Assembly (NCBI RefSeq): GCF_006345805.1
Contig: NW_021832851.1
Location: 1 to 64,000 of the forward strand
Direction: 5' to 3'
Origin: Octopus sinensis
Lineage: Eukaryota
DNA: 64,000 bases
The notes under the pieces: model-generated
The model's input: only the letters and a program-made list of their open reading frames with translations
The model's database searches: none
Told to the model about the DNA's origin: nothing
Shown: positions 13,798 through 27,386 of the stretch, in pieces
How the letters are laid out: every line of letters starts with the position of its first letter
Numbering within the stretch: position 1 is the stretch's first letter
Position numbers and translations under genes: made by a program

Positions 13798-15850
13798 AAC
13801 AACAAAGATGAAGACAAATATCCGTTGAATGTAAATAATGTAAATAATGTATATAATTTCTCATCTATTTAATATAGAACTGTAGAAGTTCTATTGTAAT
13901 TTATTTAGCTTAGGTGATGCACAGCTTCTATTTCGTTGGATAACAATACATGATTTAATTTCATACATCAATGGTTCTCTGTTTCTGGAACATTCTTTGA
14001 AGCTACTGCCCCTATTGGAAATAATCTGAAGTTCGTAGAGGTCAAAAACTGATGGGAGCTCAGGTATCTTGGGTATCTTGAGGACCCGAATTTTCAACTG
14101 CTATTTTGACTAGGTATAAAATATTGACAACGATTATAAAAATCGGAAACGAGCATTACACTTTGAAAAGATTACTATTTTAACCTGCGTTCTTCATTCT
14201 ATATATTTTTCACACGCAACAGTCATTTAACAACACATCAATTATATAGTGCAAACTGCTAGAATCTGGATAGTTACTATCCTGCAGTAATTGGCTCCTT
14301 TAGCTGTGGAATAAATCAAAATATTGCCAGAGGAGGAAAACTGCTTTTTCCCTCATTTTTAGATTTCCTATTCATAATAGGATAAACTCGCTCACATTTT
14401 TGTGTCATCAGTGGAAGTCAGTCTGTTGCAAAAGTTTGCCCCATTTCTCTTCACCCAACACCACCCACTGATGGGGAATTATTGGAGGTCCTAAACAGTA
14501 AAACAATCAGGTCAGTTGACCAAGCTAGAAAATAAAATAATGAAAATACTAGTGTGCGTTTTCATTTACAACTTAAACAGAAAGGAGAAAATGAAGTACC
14601 TTGGTTCCTTATAGAGATGTTAAATCACAGGCAAAAAACGAGATGAACATTTCATGAAAGTTATCCACGTCCAAGGGCCGGGAGGTGGTGCGAAAGCGAA
14701 CGTTGAATCATGTAAATTTAAGAGGAATCTATAAGTTTTATTGCAAGTCTTTGGTTTCGATGTTGCTAACTTCACACGAGTGACTGGACATTTACGCTGC
14801 TTGGTGAGTGTATTTTTGCGGCGGAAGGCACAGAAAAATACATCTAAAGATAGTGTGAGTTATTACACATACAAACATTAATAGATGCTCAACACATTGA
14901 GACAGACAAAGGGAGGAATAGAAAGGAGGGGTAGAACGAGAGACACATCAGGACGTTGGATGTTAAATAAGTCAGCATCGAATCACCGTCGCCAAATAAG
15001 CTACAGCAAAAGGGCTATGCCGAAACGTCTCATACTCCACACTAAGTTAGAAGAACCTTGCCAAATTGCACGCACAGAGCGAGTGAACATGAAAACAAGC
15101 GACTGAAATGAGGCAAGAATTTAAATCAGCTGATTTAATATATAATTTCCACGACTTTCTGCGTGTTAATACAGTTTGTGGCTTTCCACCCTTATCTAGA
15201 TAAAATAACGAACAAGAATTAAAAGCAATATCTTACGAATTCCAGCTATTATTTTATTCTTTTATTTGCTTCTATTGCCGGTCGAACTTCATGATAGCCC
15301 CAAAGTAAAGTCTTCTTTTGATTTCTATCTGTAGGAATATTTCCCCTGGCGAGACGAATGGGTCCCTTAAGAGGTCCCTAACGTCGAAATTGCAATAGGG
15401 AATTAACCAGTTATTTTCAAGTTGTGGATTCTATTTTGCCATATCGCGCGAAGAAAGCTTTTACCGTGATGAGAAATAATATGAGTGCTATAATGGCTTC
15501 ATAGCGGTTTTGGCTGCTATTCTTAGCTTGTAAGGGTATTTTTTTAACCCTCTTAGTTATAATTGCTTTTTTTCCTAATTATAAACATTTTTCTTTTTTA
15601 TATTTTATGATAACATGTTTGACCATTGATATATTCATAAATAATCTTAATTATTATAATATATCCTCCGTAATGTTTTTACACTACTCATACATTATAT
15701 ATATAATATATATATATATAATATATATATATGTATCTAAATTTCTCACCTCATTTTAAATCTATATATATTTAAATATATATATATATAATTATATATA
15801 TAATATCATATATATATATATATATATATATTTAAAATATTTAATATATG

Positions 15851-16263
15851 CTCTTTTACACTTATCTTTTACTTGTTTCAGTCATTTTGACTGCGGCCAT
15901 GCTGGAGAGCACGCCTTTAATCGAGTGCAACTCGACCCCGGGACTTATTCTTTGTAAGCCAAACTACTATTCTATCGGTCTCTTTTGCCGAACCGCTAAG
16001 GTACGGGGACATAAACAAACACCAGCATCGGCTGTCAACCAATGCTAGGAGGACAAACACAGACACACAAACATAGACACGTATAATATATTATACATAT
16101 ATACGACGGGCTTCTTTCAGTTCCGTCTACCAAATCCCTCACAAGGCTTGGTCGGCCCGGGGCTATAGTAGAAGACACTTGCCCAAGATGCCACGCAGTG
16201 GGATGAACCCGGAACCATGTGGTTGGTAAACAAGCTACTTACCACACAGCCACCCCTGCGCCT
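15851..16263 (-). mobile_element. SINE family A, full length
   Basis: Reverse complement of head, CORE-like segment, microsatellite and tail. Confidence 0.9.
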
Positions 16264-16390
16264 ATAAATATATATATGTTATATTTAAAATGAGGGTGAG
16301 AAATTAGATACTAATTTAATTAACATCGATTTCACACCAGTGGTCTAGCATATAAAAAACCTGAAGGTTCAGTAAAATTGTATTATACAC

Positions 16391-16649
16391 GTATGAGAGG
16401 GAAACCACTATGTGGACACCCTTATGCTAGAAATAGATCCACTATGGTCTTACCACTAAGAGATGTTCTGAAGACAGATGTTAATCTGTCTGACCGATTA
16501 AAATATTCTATTTATTTACGCAGCTGAGAATAGCCCTGCATTTAGATTGATGTAATGATTGCATTGTTCAATTAAATTAGTGGTAATAAGGTAGCGGATC
16601 TATTTCTAACATAGGGGTGTCGACATAGTGGTTTCCCTCTGATACATGC

Positions 16650-16692
<43 letters not shown>

Positions 16693-16838
16693 CAACTGGA
16701 GATCCAGAGGTGATGCAGTACAATCGTTCCAAGCGGCTCCATTCAATTGAACAATGCAATCATTACATCAATTTAAATGGAGGTCTATTCTCAGCTGCGT
16801 AAATAAATAGATTATTTTAATCGGTCAGACAGATTAAC
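16391..16838. repeat. Interleaved inverted duplication A-B-A'-(TA)n-B'
   Basis: A 16391-16458 vs A' 16578-16645; B 16480-16577 vs B' 16741-16838. B/B' are over 90% reverse-complementary by eye; A/A' are more diverged. Confidence 0.9.
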
Positions 16839-16866
16839 ACACACACACACACACACCACACCACAC

Positions 16867-16909
<43 letters not shown>

Positions 16910-16942
16910 CGTGTGTGTGTATGTATTTATATATATATATAT

Positions 16943-17270
16943 ATTCTCTTATTCTCTTATATGTTTCAGTCCAATGACTGTGGCCATGCTGGAGCACCGC
17001 CATTGTAATCATCTTTCCAGTTTCCACCTTTGTCGGAGCGGCTTCTGGTGAAAGATGGAGTTCGATGCTGCTGCCCTCTTTTGAGTTTCTTGCTTAGATA
17101 TTGGCTCATCCGGGATCTCGGAGAGCCAGAGGTCAAGTTCACGTTTGAAAACGTCTATATTCACTCCATGGAGTCCCCTCAGATGCTTCGGCAGACAGTT
17201 AAACTGCTGTGGGCTCTTGAAACCCAAGCTATTGCAGTACATCGTCCTTGCCACGACGGACTTCTTTCAA
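16943..17270 (-). mobile_element. CR1/L2-type LINE 3' end (RT C-terminus and tail)
   Basis: NSLGFKSPQQFNCLPKHLR...VFKRELDLWLSEIPDEP...RAAASNSI resembles invertebrate CR1-like ORF2 ends. It is followed by ggcggtgctccagcatggccacagtc...ctgaaac and an (AAGAGAAT) tail. Confidence 0.8.
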
Positions 17271-17996
17271 AAGATATGAAAATAAAATGAGCTGGTGAAA
17301 TATTTGAACGTTGGACTTCATGACTTCTCCACAAATATGAAAAAGTATGGAAGGGCTTACGGAGGTTCTACTGAATAGGTGCAATGCCAGTTTCACTGAG
17401 AAAGATTTGCACGTCAAAGATTGGCTTAAGATGTCGAGCAAAAGAAAGAAACTATGAAGCCACGTTTCCTCGAAGACAACATCCAAAACACATAATCATA
17501 TCTGTCAGTTTTGGTTCAATTTAATTAAATATAACCACAACAAAGTTTAGTTATACATGATAATTCTAAACAAAAGAAGTATGGCTTCCTAACCACGGAA
17601 GTTATAACTTAGTTAACATTGGTTAAAATTCCATTCATTCACTAAATTCGGTACTTAAATTATCGGAGAAATAAACTGTGGAAGCCTTTTATTCTGTTTG
17701 CGCCCAATGAAGGCTTTATTATTATATTACAATAAAGACGATGGGAATTGGCAGGGGAGGGGTTTGATATGCTAATTCGTAAATTTACACATCTTGCTTA
17801 GTGAATACATGAATATTTTCTTATGTAATTATGTGTTTCATTTACATTCGTTGTCGTAATCCATCCATACATACATACAAGCACACACACATATACACAC
17901 ATGCACAAACACACAAATACACACATATACACACATGCACAAACACACAAATACACACAAATACATAAATGTACACACACACATATATACACATAC

Positions 17997-18044
<48 letters not shown>

Positions 18045-18109
18045 ACATATATGTATACATACAAATATATATATATATATATAGAAGAGAGAGAGAGAGA
18101 GATTCACAC

Positions 18110-18172
<63 letters not shown>

Positions 18173-18185
18173 GATACACACACAC

Positions 18186-18242
<57 letters not shown>

Positions 18243-18508
18243 TATAGATGATAGATAGATAGATAGATAGATCGATAGACATTTAGATATATATATATAT
18301 AATTAAATATTGAGAGCCGTTAGAAGACAAAATTATGTACGTATGAATAGTTCTAACATACGTATATGTGTATATGTATATATGTGCACTTCTGAATTGT
18401 ATATAGGTATTTGCGCGTAAGAGTGTGTATATTTGTGTACGAATAGGTCTTAGAAATTGCACACAAAAATACATATATATATGTACATATATATATATAT
18501 ATATATAT

Positions 18509-18570
<62 letters not shown>

Positions 18571-18675
18571 ATATAATATATATATATATATGTATGTATG
18601 TATATATATGTTACCGCGATAAACAAACAATAGATTCTGTATGTTTGTATGTACATATCCAATTGTGTTAAGTGA

Positions 18676-18715
<40 letters not shown>

Positions 18716-18959
18716 ACATGCCGGTCTTTGTGTATGCACAGCTGTTGTAAATGTGTATGTGCAAGAATATATGTTTGTATGCAAGTGCGTAGTGATGCTT
18801 GTCTGTTAATGTGAATGAGATATATCAATATTATTTTAAAACCTTCAAATCAGTCGTGAATGTTATAAACAAAATGGTGCTATAATAAACACGGTTAAAG
18901 TCAAAAATATTACATTCCATAACCGATTTAAAGGAAATTATAGCAGAATAGCAAATGAC

Positions 18960-19065
18960 TGGAAAACGGATAAGAATATAATAATTGTAGTCTATCTGAT
19001 TATAGACAAATCAGGTAATGCGATTATTGATATAGAGAAATATAGGTGGAATTTGGAATAAGAAT
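18960..19065 (+). pseudogene. Possible Penelope-like RT N-terminal remnant
   Basis: One frame reads WKTDKNIIIVVYLIIDKSGNAIIDIEKY, resembling the PLE motif NIII..ADKG...V.MD...Y. Short and recalled, not searched. Confidence 0.25.
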
Positions 19066-20662
19066 ATGCAGAAATATATGAGATGGAAACCTGAGTGAAG
19101 GGTTACGAAGATACATTGAAGCAATCGTAAAGAATGCGTTGAAAGAAAAACATATATATAATTAAAAATCTTATAAAATCCGAGAGGAGAGTGTATAAAT
19201 AATACATATAGAAATTATATGAAAACATTCAATATATATAAGGTATATGCATATATACGTATGTGTATATATGTGTATGAATGCATATATACGTATGTGT
19301 ATATATGTGTATGCATATATACGTATGTGTATGTATGTGTATATATATATATATATATAGATAGATAGATAGATAGATACATACATACATACATACATAC
19401 ATACATACATACATACATACATACATACATAAATACATATATGTATATTTATGTTTACATATACACATATATATGAATATGTTCATTTACATTTATACAT
19501 ATACATTTATATATTAAAATGGAATTAGATCATAATAATAGTGGAATATATTTAATTGGTAATATTTCAATAAGATAATAATATCAAAAAGTTTAAGGGA
19601 ATCGAAGGAAAATCTGCCCATTTATCAATCAATTCTTAATATACGCTTATATCTGTGTGCGTATGTGTGTGTGTGTGTGTGTATAAGGATGCACTCACAT
19701 ACATAGACCAGGCAACGCATACACACACATATATGTATATATATATTTGTAGTGGGGGGAGAAAGATGGTTACTAGATTTAAATGGTTTTATATTCTATG
19801 AGGTGAAAATTGGGATATGAATAAATATGGGAAATAAGGCAACTGTTGTATCTGGAGACATTATGCCAACAAGTTGAATGATAGAAAAATAAATAAAACA
19901 ACTACGTTTGTCTTTATTTTCAGTGATTTGCTCGCTATAAATAGTGTATTTAACCGTGAAAAGGAATTTTGTAATCTAATAGGAAACATGTTATAAGCAT
20001 TGAAATATTCTTCTTTTTCTTTTTTTTTCCTTTCATTTATATTTTCAATGCATTCAGGCTTTGTATTTCAGCATCGAGAGATACATAGGAAGTCGGATTG
20101 GGAGACAGTGAGAGAGAGAGAGAGAGAAAGAGGGAGGGACGAGATAGAAGGAAACTAGGGATTGTAAATGTATGAATGCGGAGTCGATGGAAATGGTGGT
20201 AAAATGGTTGCCACGGAAAGGCGCCGAAATAAATGAATGTCTTCTAGTGTTTTGCTTCATTTTCTGTTAAAATCCCTGAGGACTCGATCGACTTTCATTA
20301 TTCTAAACATGTACTGTTGATTCAGTTCAGTAGTCTATATTATCCGTTCCTGATGAATTTGCGACCCTTAAACCAGGATAGCAAATCCATATTAATGCTG
20401 ATGTTCATATTGCAATAATTGTTGTCGTTGTTGTTGGTGTTGTTGTTAGTGTTGTTGTTTTCGTTGATATTGTTGTTGGTGATGCAATGGTTGCTCTTGT
20501 TATTGTTGTGACCATCTTCACCTAACTCATACGTGTGATCAGTTAACATTTCAGCCAGTTCCAATCATTCCGACGCATCGAAAATTATGCCGTCTAAGAT
20601 ATTTATTCCAATTCATCAAAAGTCGCAGTATGACATGCAGGAAATTTTACTGGTATTTCTAG

Positions 20663-20726
20663 CACAGAGCAGCAATGTTGAAGGTGTTTGACTTGATATC
20701 AGTGATGTCGTGGGATGATACAACAG
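20663..20726 (+). CDS. Candidate exon with ATG at 20675 (MLKVFDLISVMSWDDTT)
   Basis: Acceptor tggtatttctag|, donor CAG|GTAAGA, phase 1. Confidence 0.25.
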
Positions 20727-22050
20727 GTAAGAATGAAGAGGAAATGCTTTTGGCATTCTCTACTGAAATTATTTCAATTATGCCTCTAGTTTTCAAGATA
20801 AAAGTCTAAGAGTCACACATTTTATTTTTCTACTTCCTAATATAAAAATCTTGGTTTCGTGTTATGTGAAAGCACCATTTTTTTCTTAGAATACATGTTA
20901 ATCCTGGCGGATTAATTGTGAATTCGCTTCTTATACATTTATTTCAATTACTCTCCTATTATCTGTGAGGAAGGCATTGGTGTTGTAGCATCGCAGTAAT
21001 AACTATTATATCAATAATAATTAAGACGACTGTGTCAAAGCTTCGTTAGACGAGTTTTAAGTGCAGTTTGAATTCAATTACTTCCATCATAAAAAGGCAT
21101 TTCATTTGAGAAATGCTAAACGTAATATATTACGCAATTATTATTCTTATTGCGAATAGGAAATGGCAGCTAACATTATTTATCGGGCAAATGGATTGGT
21201 TTATATAGCGACTCATCATATCCATTGCTGTCTCGTTTTTCTTGGTAAAACTCGTTATTCTAATTTGCCACAATTTTTCTATTTGCTTTTAGGTACGATA
21301 GTATGTTGGAATATTCTATCAATAATCTCTCCATATTTTATATTCAATGTGGTTTCCAGTTTGATTTCCATCTGATGGCACTGTTAAATCCGAAAATATA
21401 ATTCACTGTACATTCTTCCTGCGTTATGATCTACTGTGAGATAAGGAACTATTTCGTTTCAGTTCTTATATGAGACTTATATATTTACTTGTGTATAACG
21501 GAGTAAATGTGGAAATGTATACATTACTAACATGAATAATATCAGGAAATATGACACACATACAATAATTATAATTTCATTTTAATCAAATTTCATGGGG
21601 CTAATACAAGATGATGAATGGAATACCAGTTTTGAAGGAACACTATTTATTACCTTAAAATAAAATTGAATAAAATACATTTATCACTTGCATTTGTGCA
21701 ATAGATATATGTTATTTCTTTTCTAAATTTTATCAACATACTTACAATCTGCTTTATAGAAACATATCTCTGCAAAATTTATTGAACATGTGTATATTTC
21801 AGAAAGTTATAGGCGTTTGCACCAAATTGTTTGCATTAGATATTTTTTTATTTACGAATCTCTTGGGGAAGTTGACATTATCTGTGAGATATTGATATTT
21901 TGTATTAATATTTAGGGAATATATCATCTGTAGCGAGTTTTGTGGTTTAAATAGGAATACTAGCATCGGGAATTTACTCTGTTCAGAACACTGAAAACGC
22001 TTGCACCTAATCTAAACAACATCTTTTATTTTTAATGTCTCTCTTTCAAG

Positions 22051-22068
22051 CGTTTGACAAGTTGACTT
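22051..22068 (+). CDS. Candidate 18-nt microexon (AFDKLT)
   Basis: Acceptor tttaatgtctctctttcaag|, donor |GTGAGT, symmetric phase 1. Confidence 0.15.
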
Positions 22069-24362
22069 GTGAGTCGAAATCTTAATACAGTTCCAATATT
22101 CATTAGTGCTGGTTCACATAATTTATCAAATAAATTTTCTCCTGGATTACGGAGTCCGTCAGGAAGACGGCAGCCTGTCTAGTTAGCATGTGCAACTAGG
22201 GTTATAAGAAAAAGGACAAACCTTTTCGACGTTAAATTAGTTCAATTAAATCACGGAATATTTCAATTGTGAATTCGGTCAGTAATACCGATGATTATAG
22301 ATTTCCATTGGACCAACAACTTGTTTTTAGATGCTACTTTGGTATGGTATCTACGAATGATGAAACTACTTTGGTATGCGATCTACACTTTATATTGTGA
22401 TCTGCAACAAGAAAATTTATACTTATCAAGAACAAGGAAAACACCTGTATCAGTTTCGAGAGAATTCTGGTTAGAAAGTATGAAGCATAAGTGTTAATGA
22501 TAATTGTATAAAATGTATAAAAGTTTTAATTCTCTATTTTTGAATTTTCTTGCTCGATTCACTTGTTCGTTCAATTTTCCCATAAAATTAGTAAACTTGT
22601 TTCAAATCGCTTCATTTTAATTTTTTTTAATAAATGTGCAAAAATGTAAGAATGTTTTATTTAAGCCTTAATAAATAAACGAAAAGTGTAGAATTTGACT
22701 CTTGTAGATTACGTTGGCTACTTAGATCGCATAAGAGAGTAGCACCGACTTTTGATAGCAAACGTGACGAGATATAATCTGTGAAAAGCAGTATTGTATG
22801 CTCAGAATAGAAAGACAGAGAGAAGGAATTTTCTATACATTTTTATTGTTCGCAATGACATACAGCTTATACTATCAATATTTCGCGTAGTCACTTTCAT
22901 GGAATGTTTAATACTGGCATATATAACTGTCGTGACCAAATAAAGCATCCTTATTTTAAAGGCAATTATCTGTACACTATGAAAAGGAGCAATCGTGAAG
23001 TTTTAGAAAATTGAAGAAATATGATTTTAAATAATATATATATAACTAGCTAGAAGAGCGTTGCAAGCGGTTCTGTAACTACAAGTGATCAGCATTTAAT
23101 GCGAATGCAAGAAAATATAGAAATATATTCAAAAAGAGAGAAAAGGAAATGGAAAGAATATGAAATAAAAAGAAGAGGAGAGATAGGATGAGACAGCACA
23201 TGCAAATAATATCTATTACGAAAGTTTCAAGTATGCTTTGGTTCTGCAGCGCACTGTGGATATTCAAATTGTCGTTGATGAAAACAAGGAGCCTTCTTTG
23301 GGGACTTGCCTTAAATCGGCATATCTTTACCCCAGAGATATAATCTACGAAACCACTCTAAATATCAGGTTTCAACTATTTGCTGATAAGCACCTTCTGT
23401 TCTCTAAAATGTAATATCATTAACTAATACAAAATTGGATATGCAAAAGATCTACAAATGCGCCAAAGTATGTTATGACAAATAGCAACAATTTGCAGCT
23501 GTTGCAAGCTCTTGTTGGAAATAGCTATACCTAGAAATCAATGATCACTATTGTGATTAGGCAAAAGTATTTCACTGTAATGCAGAATATATGAATTCCT
23601 ATGAAATTTCAGTTTTAACGACACATAGATTTCAGTTAAAAACAAGGCCCTCTCAAAATGCTTCTGCGTAATTTCGATAAGTCGCTGATATTTAATTGGC
23701 ACAAACTTATTATTTAAATGTTTATATCACAAGTTATCGAGACATCGAGACTACTATTCTCAATAGGGGAATCAAAGGAAAGGATGCGATTATGTTCAAT
23801 ATTCAAACTCATACCAACGAATGTCCGCTGCTGATTCAAATGACGTTAGTATCCACTAAGCCTGAGTATGGTATGTCAATCAATAAATCTTAAAAGGAAA
23901 TATTAACAGTTGCTGGACAACATTTTCAGAGATACTCTTATCCTCATGGTCGAATTTTACATAAGATGTTCAAGTGTTGGAAGCCGCTACTTGTAATACC
24001 AAAACCATGTTTACCCGAGGTGAAAAAATAAGTTTTCAGTTCTTCCTACATTATTCAGAGTACCGACGCAATATCATATAATGTAGTGTTCATCACAGTT
24101 CTTGATCATATTTCTTTATGGGTTCCCTCAAAACATTCCTGCTTCAATGTGTTTTGATGCTAAGATCATGATTTTATTGCCAAGGGTGGTTCGACTCATT
24201 GTAACATATTCGTCATAAAATTTATTTAAACAATTAATGCATTACATGAATATAATTTAAGACATTATATATATGTAGCACTCTATGTATTATACATGAC
24301 GTAAATGCATCATTGGAACATACATCTACATCGATATCCGCTTGAACCTAACATCTCTTAAG

Positions 24363-24457
24363 CACGCGCTGTGTTTGAAAACTGTGTCAGAAGGAGACGA
24401 AATTCGACCACCTTTCAAGCAGCAGCTATACAGAATGTCAGACGCATTTGGGGAGTG
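24363..24457 (+). CDS. Candidate exon (RAVFENCVRRRRNSTTFQAAAIQNVRRIWGV)
   Basis: Weak acceptor catctcttaag|, perfect donor |GTAAGT at 24458. Phase-compatible with the 20663-20726 candidate. Confidence 0.2.
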
Positions 24458-24854
24458 GTAAGTACTGTCAATAACATATAATTGCTCGAGAGAATCGGGC
24501 ACTTATATGGTATGCACCAGGTTTGGTTCATTCAATCTGAAAGCATCACCTTTAGTCCGAAAAAATATACTGGATACTGAAGTAATCCAGTGAGATATTT
24601 AAGCTGAGCACAGAGAAAGAAAATCCACCGCTACGAGTATTTAACACCTAGGGGCTGGTCCAAATCGTGCGTTTTGTAGATCACACGGTGTCTGACATAA
24701 TCTAGGAAATCCAACGTGTCGCGAATCCCTTTGTCAGTAAAGAAAAAATGACAGAGGGTGAATAAATGTCAGTTCAGTACAGTTGTTTTTTATGTTCAAT
24801 GACCGCTAAATCCACAAGTTTTTTTTCTTTTTTATTCTCTCTCTGTTTATTCCC

Positions 24855-24985
24855 TCGCATTCTTTTGAGTTGAAGAGCGTAGTCTCAAAACGTAAAATAC
24901 TTTCTCACCTTCCCGAGCGTCAAACTAATACATCTGTTTGTTCTCTACACCATCTTGTTTTGATCTTTTGTTCTTTTCGTGAATT
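24855..24985 (+). mobile_element. Repeat family E fragment with decayed hammerhead-like motif
   Basis: ttgaagagcgtagtctcaaaacgtaaaa followed by ctttctcaccttcccgagcgtcaaactaatacatc. Related pieces at 54545-54650 and 62790-62825. Confidence 0.5.
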
Positions 24986-25043
24986 CTCTCTCTCTATATA
25001 TATATATATATGTATGTATATATATTGTATATATATGTGTATA

Positions 25044-25091
<48 letters not shown>

Positions 25092-25607
25092 CACACACAC
25101 ATATATATATATATATAGTGTTAGCTGCAACCTAATTATAATTATGTTGGATACTTTTACCTGTAAAGGTTATTTTAACGTACCGATCTACTTGGTAAAA
25201 TTGCTAATTAATTGATTAATTAATTAATTAATTTTACCCTTCTATCATAAATTTTATATATATAAATGTGTGTGTATATATATATATATATATATCTATA
25301 AATTCCCATTGCCGAAGTCAGTACAACCAATTTTCAAAATGAAACCCATGTGCAGGAATCAAGATGGATATAACACCTATTTATCTCCTGCATTGTTCCT
25401 TAATAAACATCGAAGAACTATATTAGATTATAATATCTTACCTGCATTCATTTCTATATGTTACAGATACTCTTATACGTGTGCACGCGTTATGAATGGC
25501 ATGCATTCCAGCACGAAAAGCTACTGATGTATGAATGCACATATATTCCTAACTGCCTCTCTATCTTTCGGCCTATCTATGTATCTGTCTTTTTATCTAT
25601 CTGTCGG

Positions 25608-25642
<35 letters not shown>

Positions 25643-26401
25643 ATTATTTGTTTGTCTATATATGTATAAATATATGGTGTGAAAACATATATGTAAGATA
25701 CGTATCCATGGACAAATGTGTCTGAATGGATACAATTTTTTCAGCATTCTATTGTTTATTGCGTATGATATTCCTTATTGAATATTGACACCAATTAATT
25801 AGAGGACATTCATAGCATTCATGATTTCGTGACAACATAAATGTGTCTGGTGTAGAAAAACTTGATCAAGAACAATAAGCGAAAGCCTACATTTCCATTT
25901 GTCATATATCCTTTCAGCTACACACATCATTGTACACCATGCGAGTCAATACAGTGTTATCTTGTCTCGTAGATGGGGGAAACATTTTGCTCTCAAAGGA
26001 CACTTTATTGTCGCATTGAAAGAAACATAAGCAGTATAATATTAGGCACAGACATTCAAACAGTAAAAAGAAGAAAAATGGGAAGGTCACTGTAGCAACA
26101 CCTTTAATCATATCTATTTATTAAAAAATATCCAATTCCAAAATAATAATAAATATGACGCACATACTGGAGCATTTGTGACGTTGCGTTTCCTATTTAG
26201 ACATAAATAAATTTTCTTTAAAATCAACTCGTATAGTCTTGAAATGAAGGTGATTTCAGTTCTTAGGGGGTCATGTAGCATAAAGCACACACTGACAGAT
26301 GGGATTGCCATGGGTGCGCCTTAAGTCTTCTCTATCAAGGCCTTCCGGTGCTCAAACATAATCAACAAGGAAAAAAAAGGAACATCACATCTACAACCAA
26401 A

Positions 26402-26749
26402 TTGGGGAAACCCTTCGGTCAATAATAACCATGGGATTAAATCTAGAAAGTTACCCTCCCAGGCACAAGTCTGGGCAAGGTTGTTTATGGAAGACCAGCA
26501 GTCGCCCATGCATACCAGCCTCCCAGTCTCAATGCCGCCAATGTTATCCAAGGGAAAGGCAAAGGGGCCGATACCGTTTGGCACCTGTTACGTCGCAACT
26601 CATTTCTACAGCTGCAGCTGAGTTAACTGGAGTAACGTGAAATAAAGTGTCTTGCTCAAGAACCCAACACGCAGCCCGGTCCGGGAATCGAACTCACGAC
26701 CTCATGATCGTAAGCTCGACGCTCTAACCACTGAACCATGCGCCTTCAC
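26402..26749 (-). mobile_element. SINE family C (tRNA-derived), full length with 11-bp TSD
   Basis: Head gtgaaggcgcatggttcagtggttagagcgtcgagcttacgatc...gagttcgattccc. ctacaaccaaa is repeated at 26391-26401 and 26750-26760. Confidence 0.9.
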
Positions 26750-27220
26750 CTACAACCAAAACTACTGCTACTCATACTACCATTACCACAACCACTACTA
26801 CCACAACTACTAGAGCCTCAATGTTTTTATATTGATATAGAATGTACCATTCACCTTCTAAAATTTATATTTCCTTCGTGCTGTTGTAACCCTATTTAAC
26901 TTTACACCGTATTTCTTTCTCTTTATTTTTCTTTGATAACATTAACCTCATCTACACGGTATTCTTTCTTGATTAGTGATGGAATTTTGTTCTTATCCTG
27001 TCAATAGTAGCATGCTTGCGGTGAATTTAGTGCTTCAACACACCGAGTTTTTCGTAACAGAAAAGTTAGCGATCGTAGAAAACTAAGATCATCGAACATT
27101 ATGAAAATTGCCTAGTGAGATTCACAGCATACACTTACTCACACACACACACACACCACACACACACAACACACACCACACACACACACACACATACACA
27201 CACACACACACATATATATA

Positions 27221-27260
<40 letters not shown>

Positions 27261-27386
27261 AGATAATGGTTGCCATTGAGACCCAAAGGTGTCAGGTAAG
27301 CTGAATAAGTGCTATAGACAGACCATAATTAAGTTCCAGTAATATTGCGAATAAAGGGTTCAACGTTGGTTCTATGTCAGCATGTG

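Noticed and set aside
20340-20564. Asn-rich ORF MELAEMLTDH...
   Set aside because: It starts at TTG directly after a stop, its core is a degenerate (AAC)n tract, and it has no good splice sites.
23187-23414. 75-codon open frame DETAHANNIYYESFKY...
   Set aside because: No start or acceptor, and a couple of frames this long are expected by chance in a few kb of such DNA.
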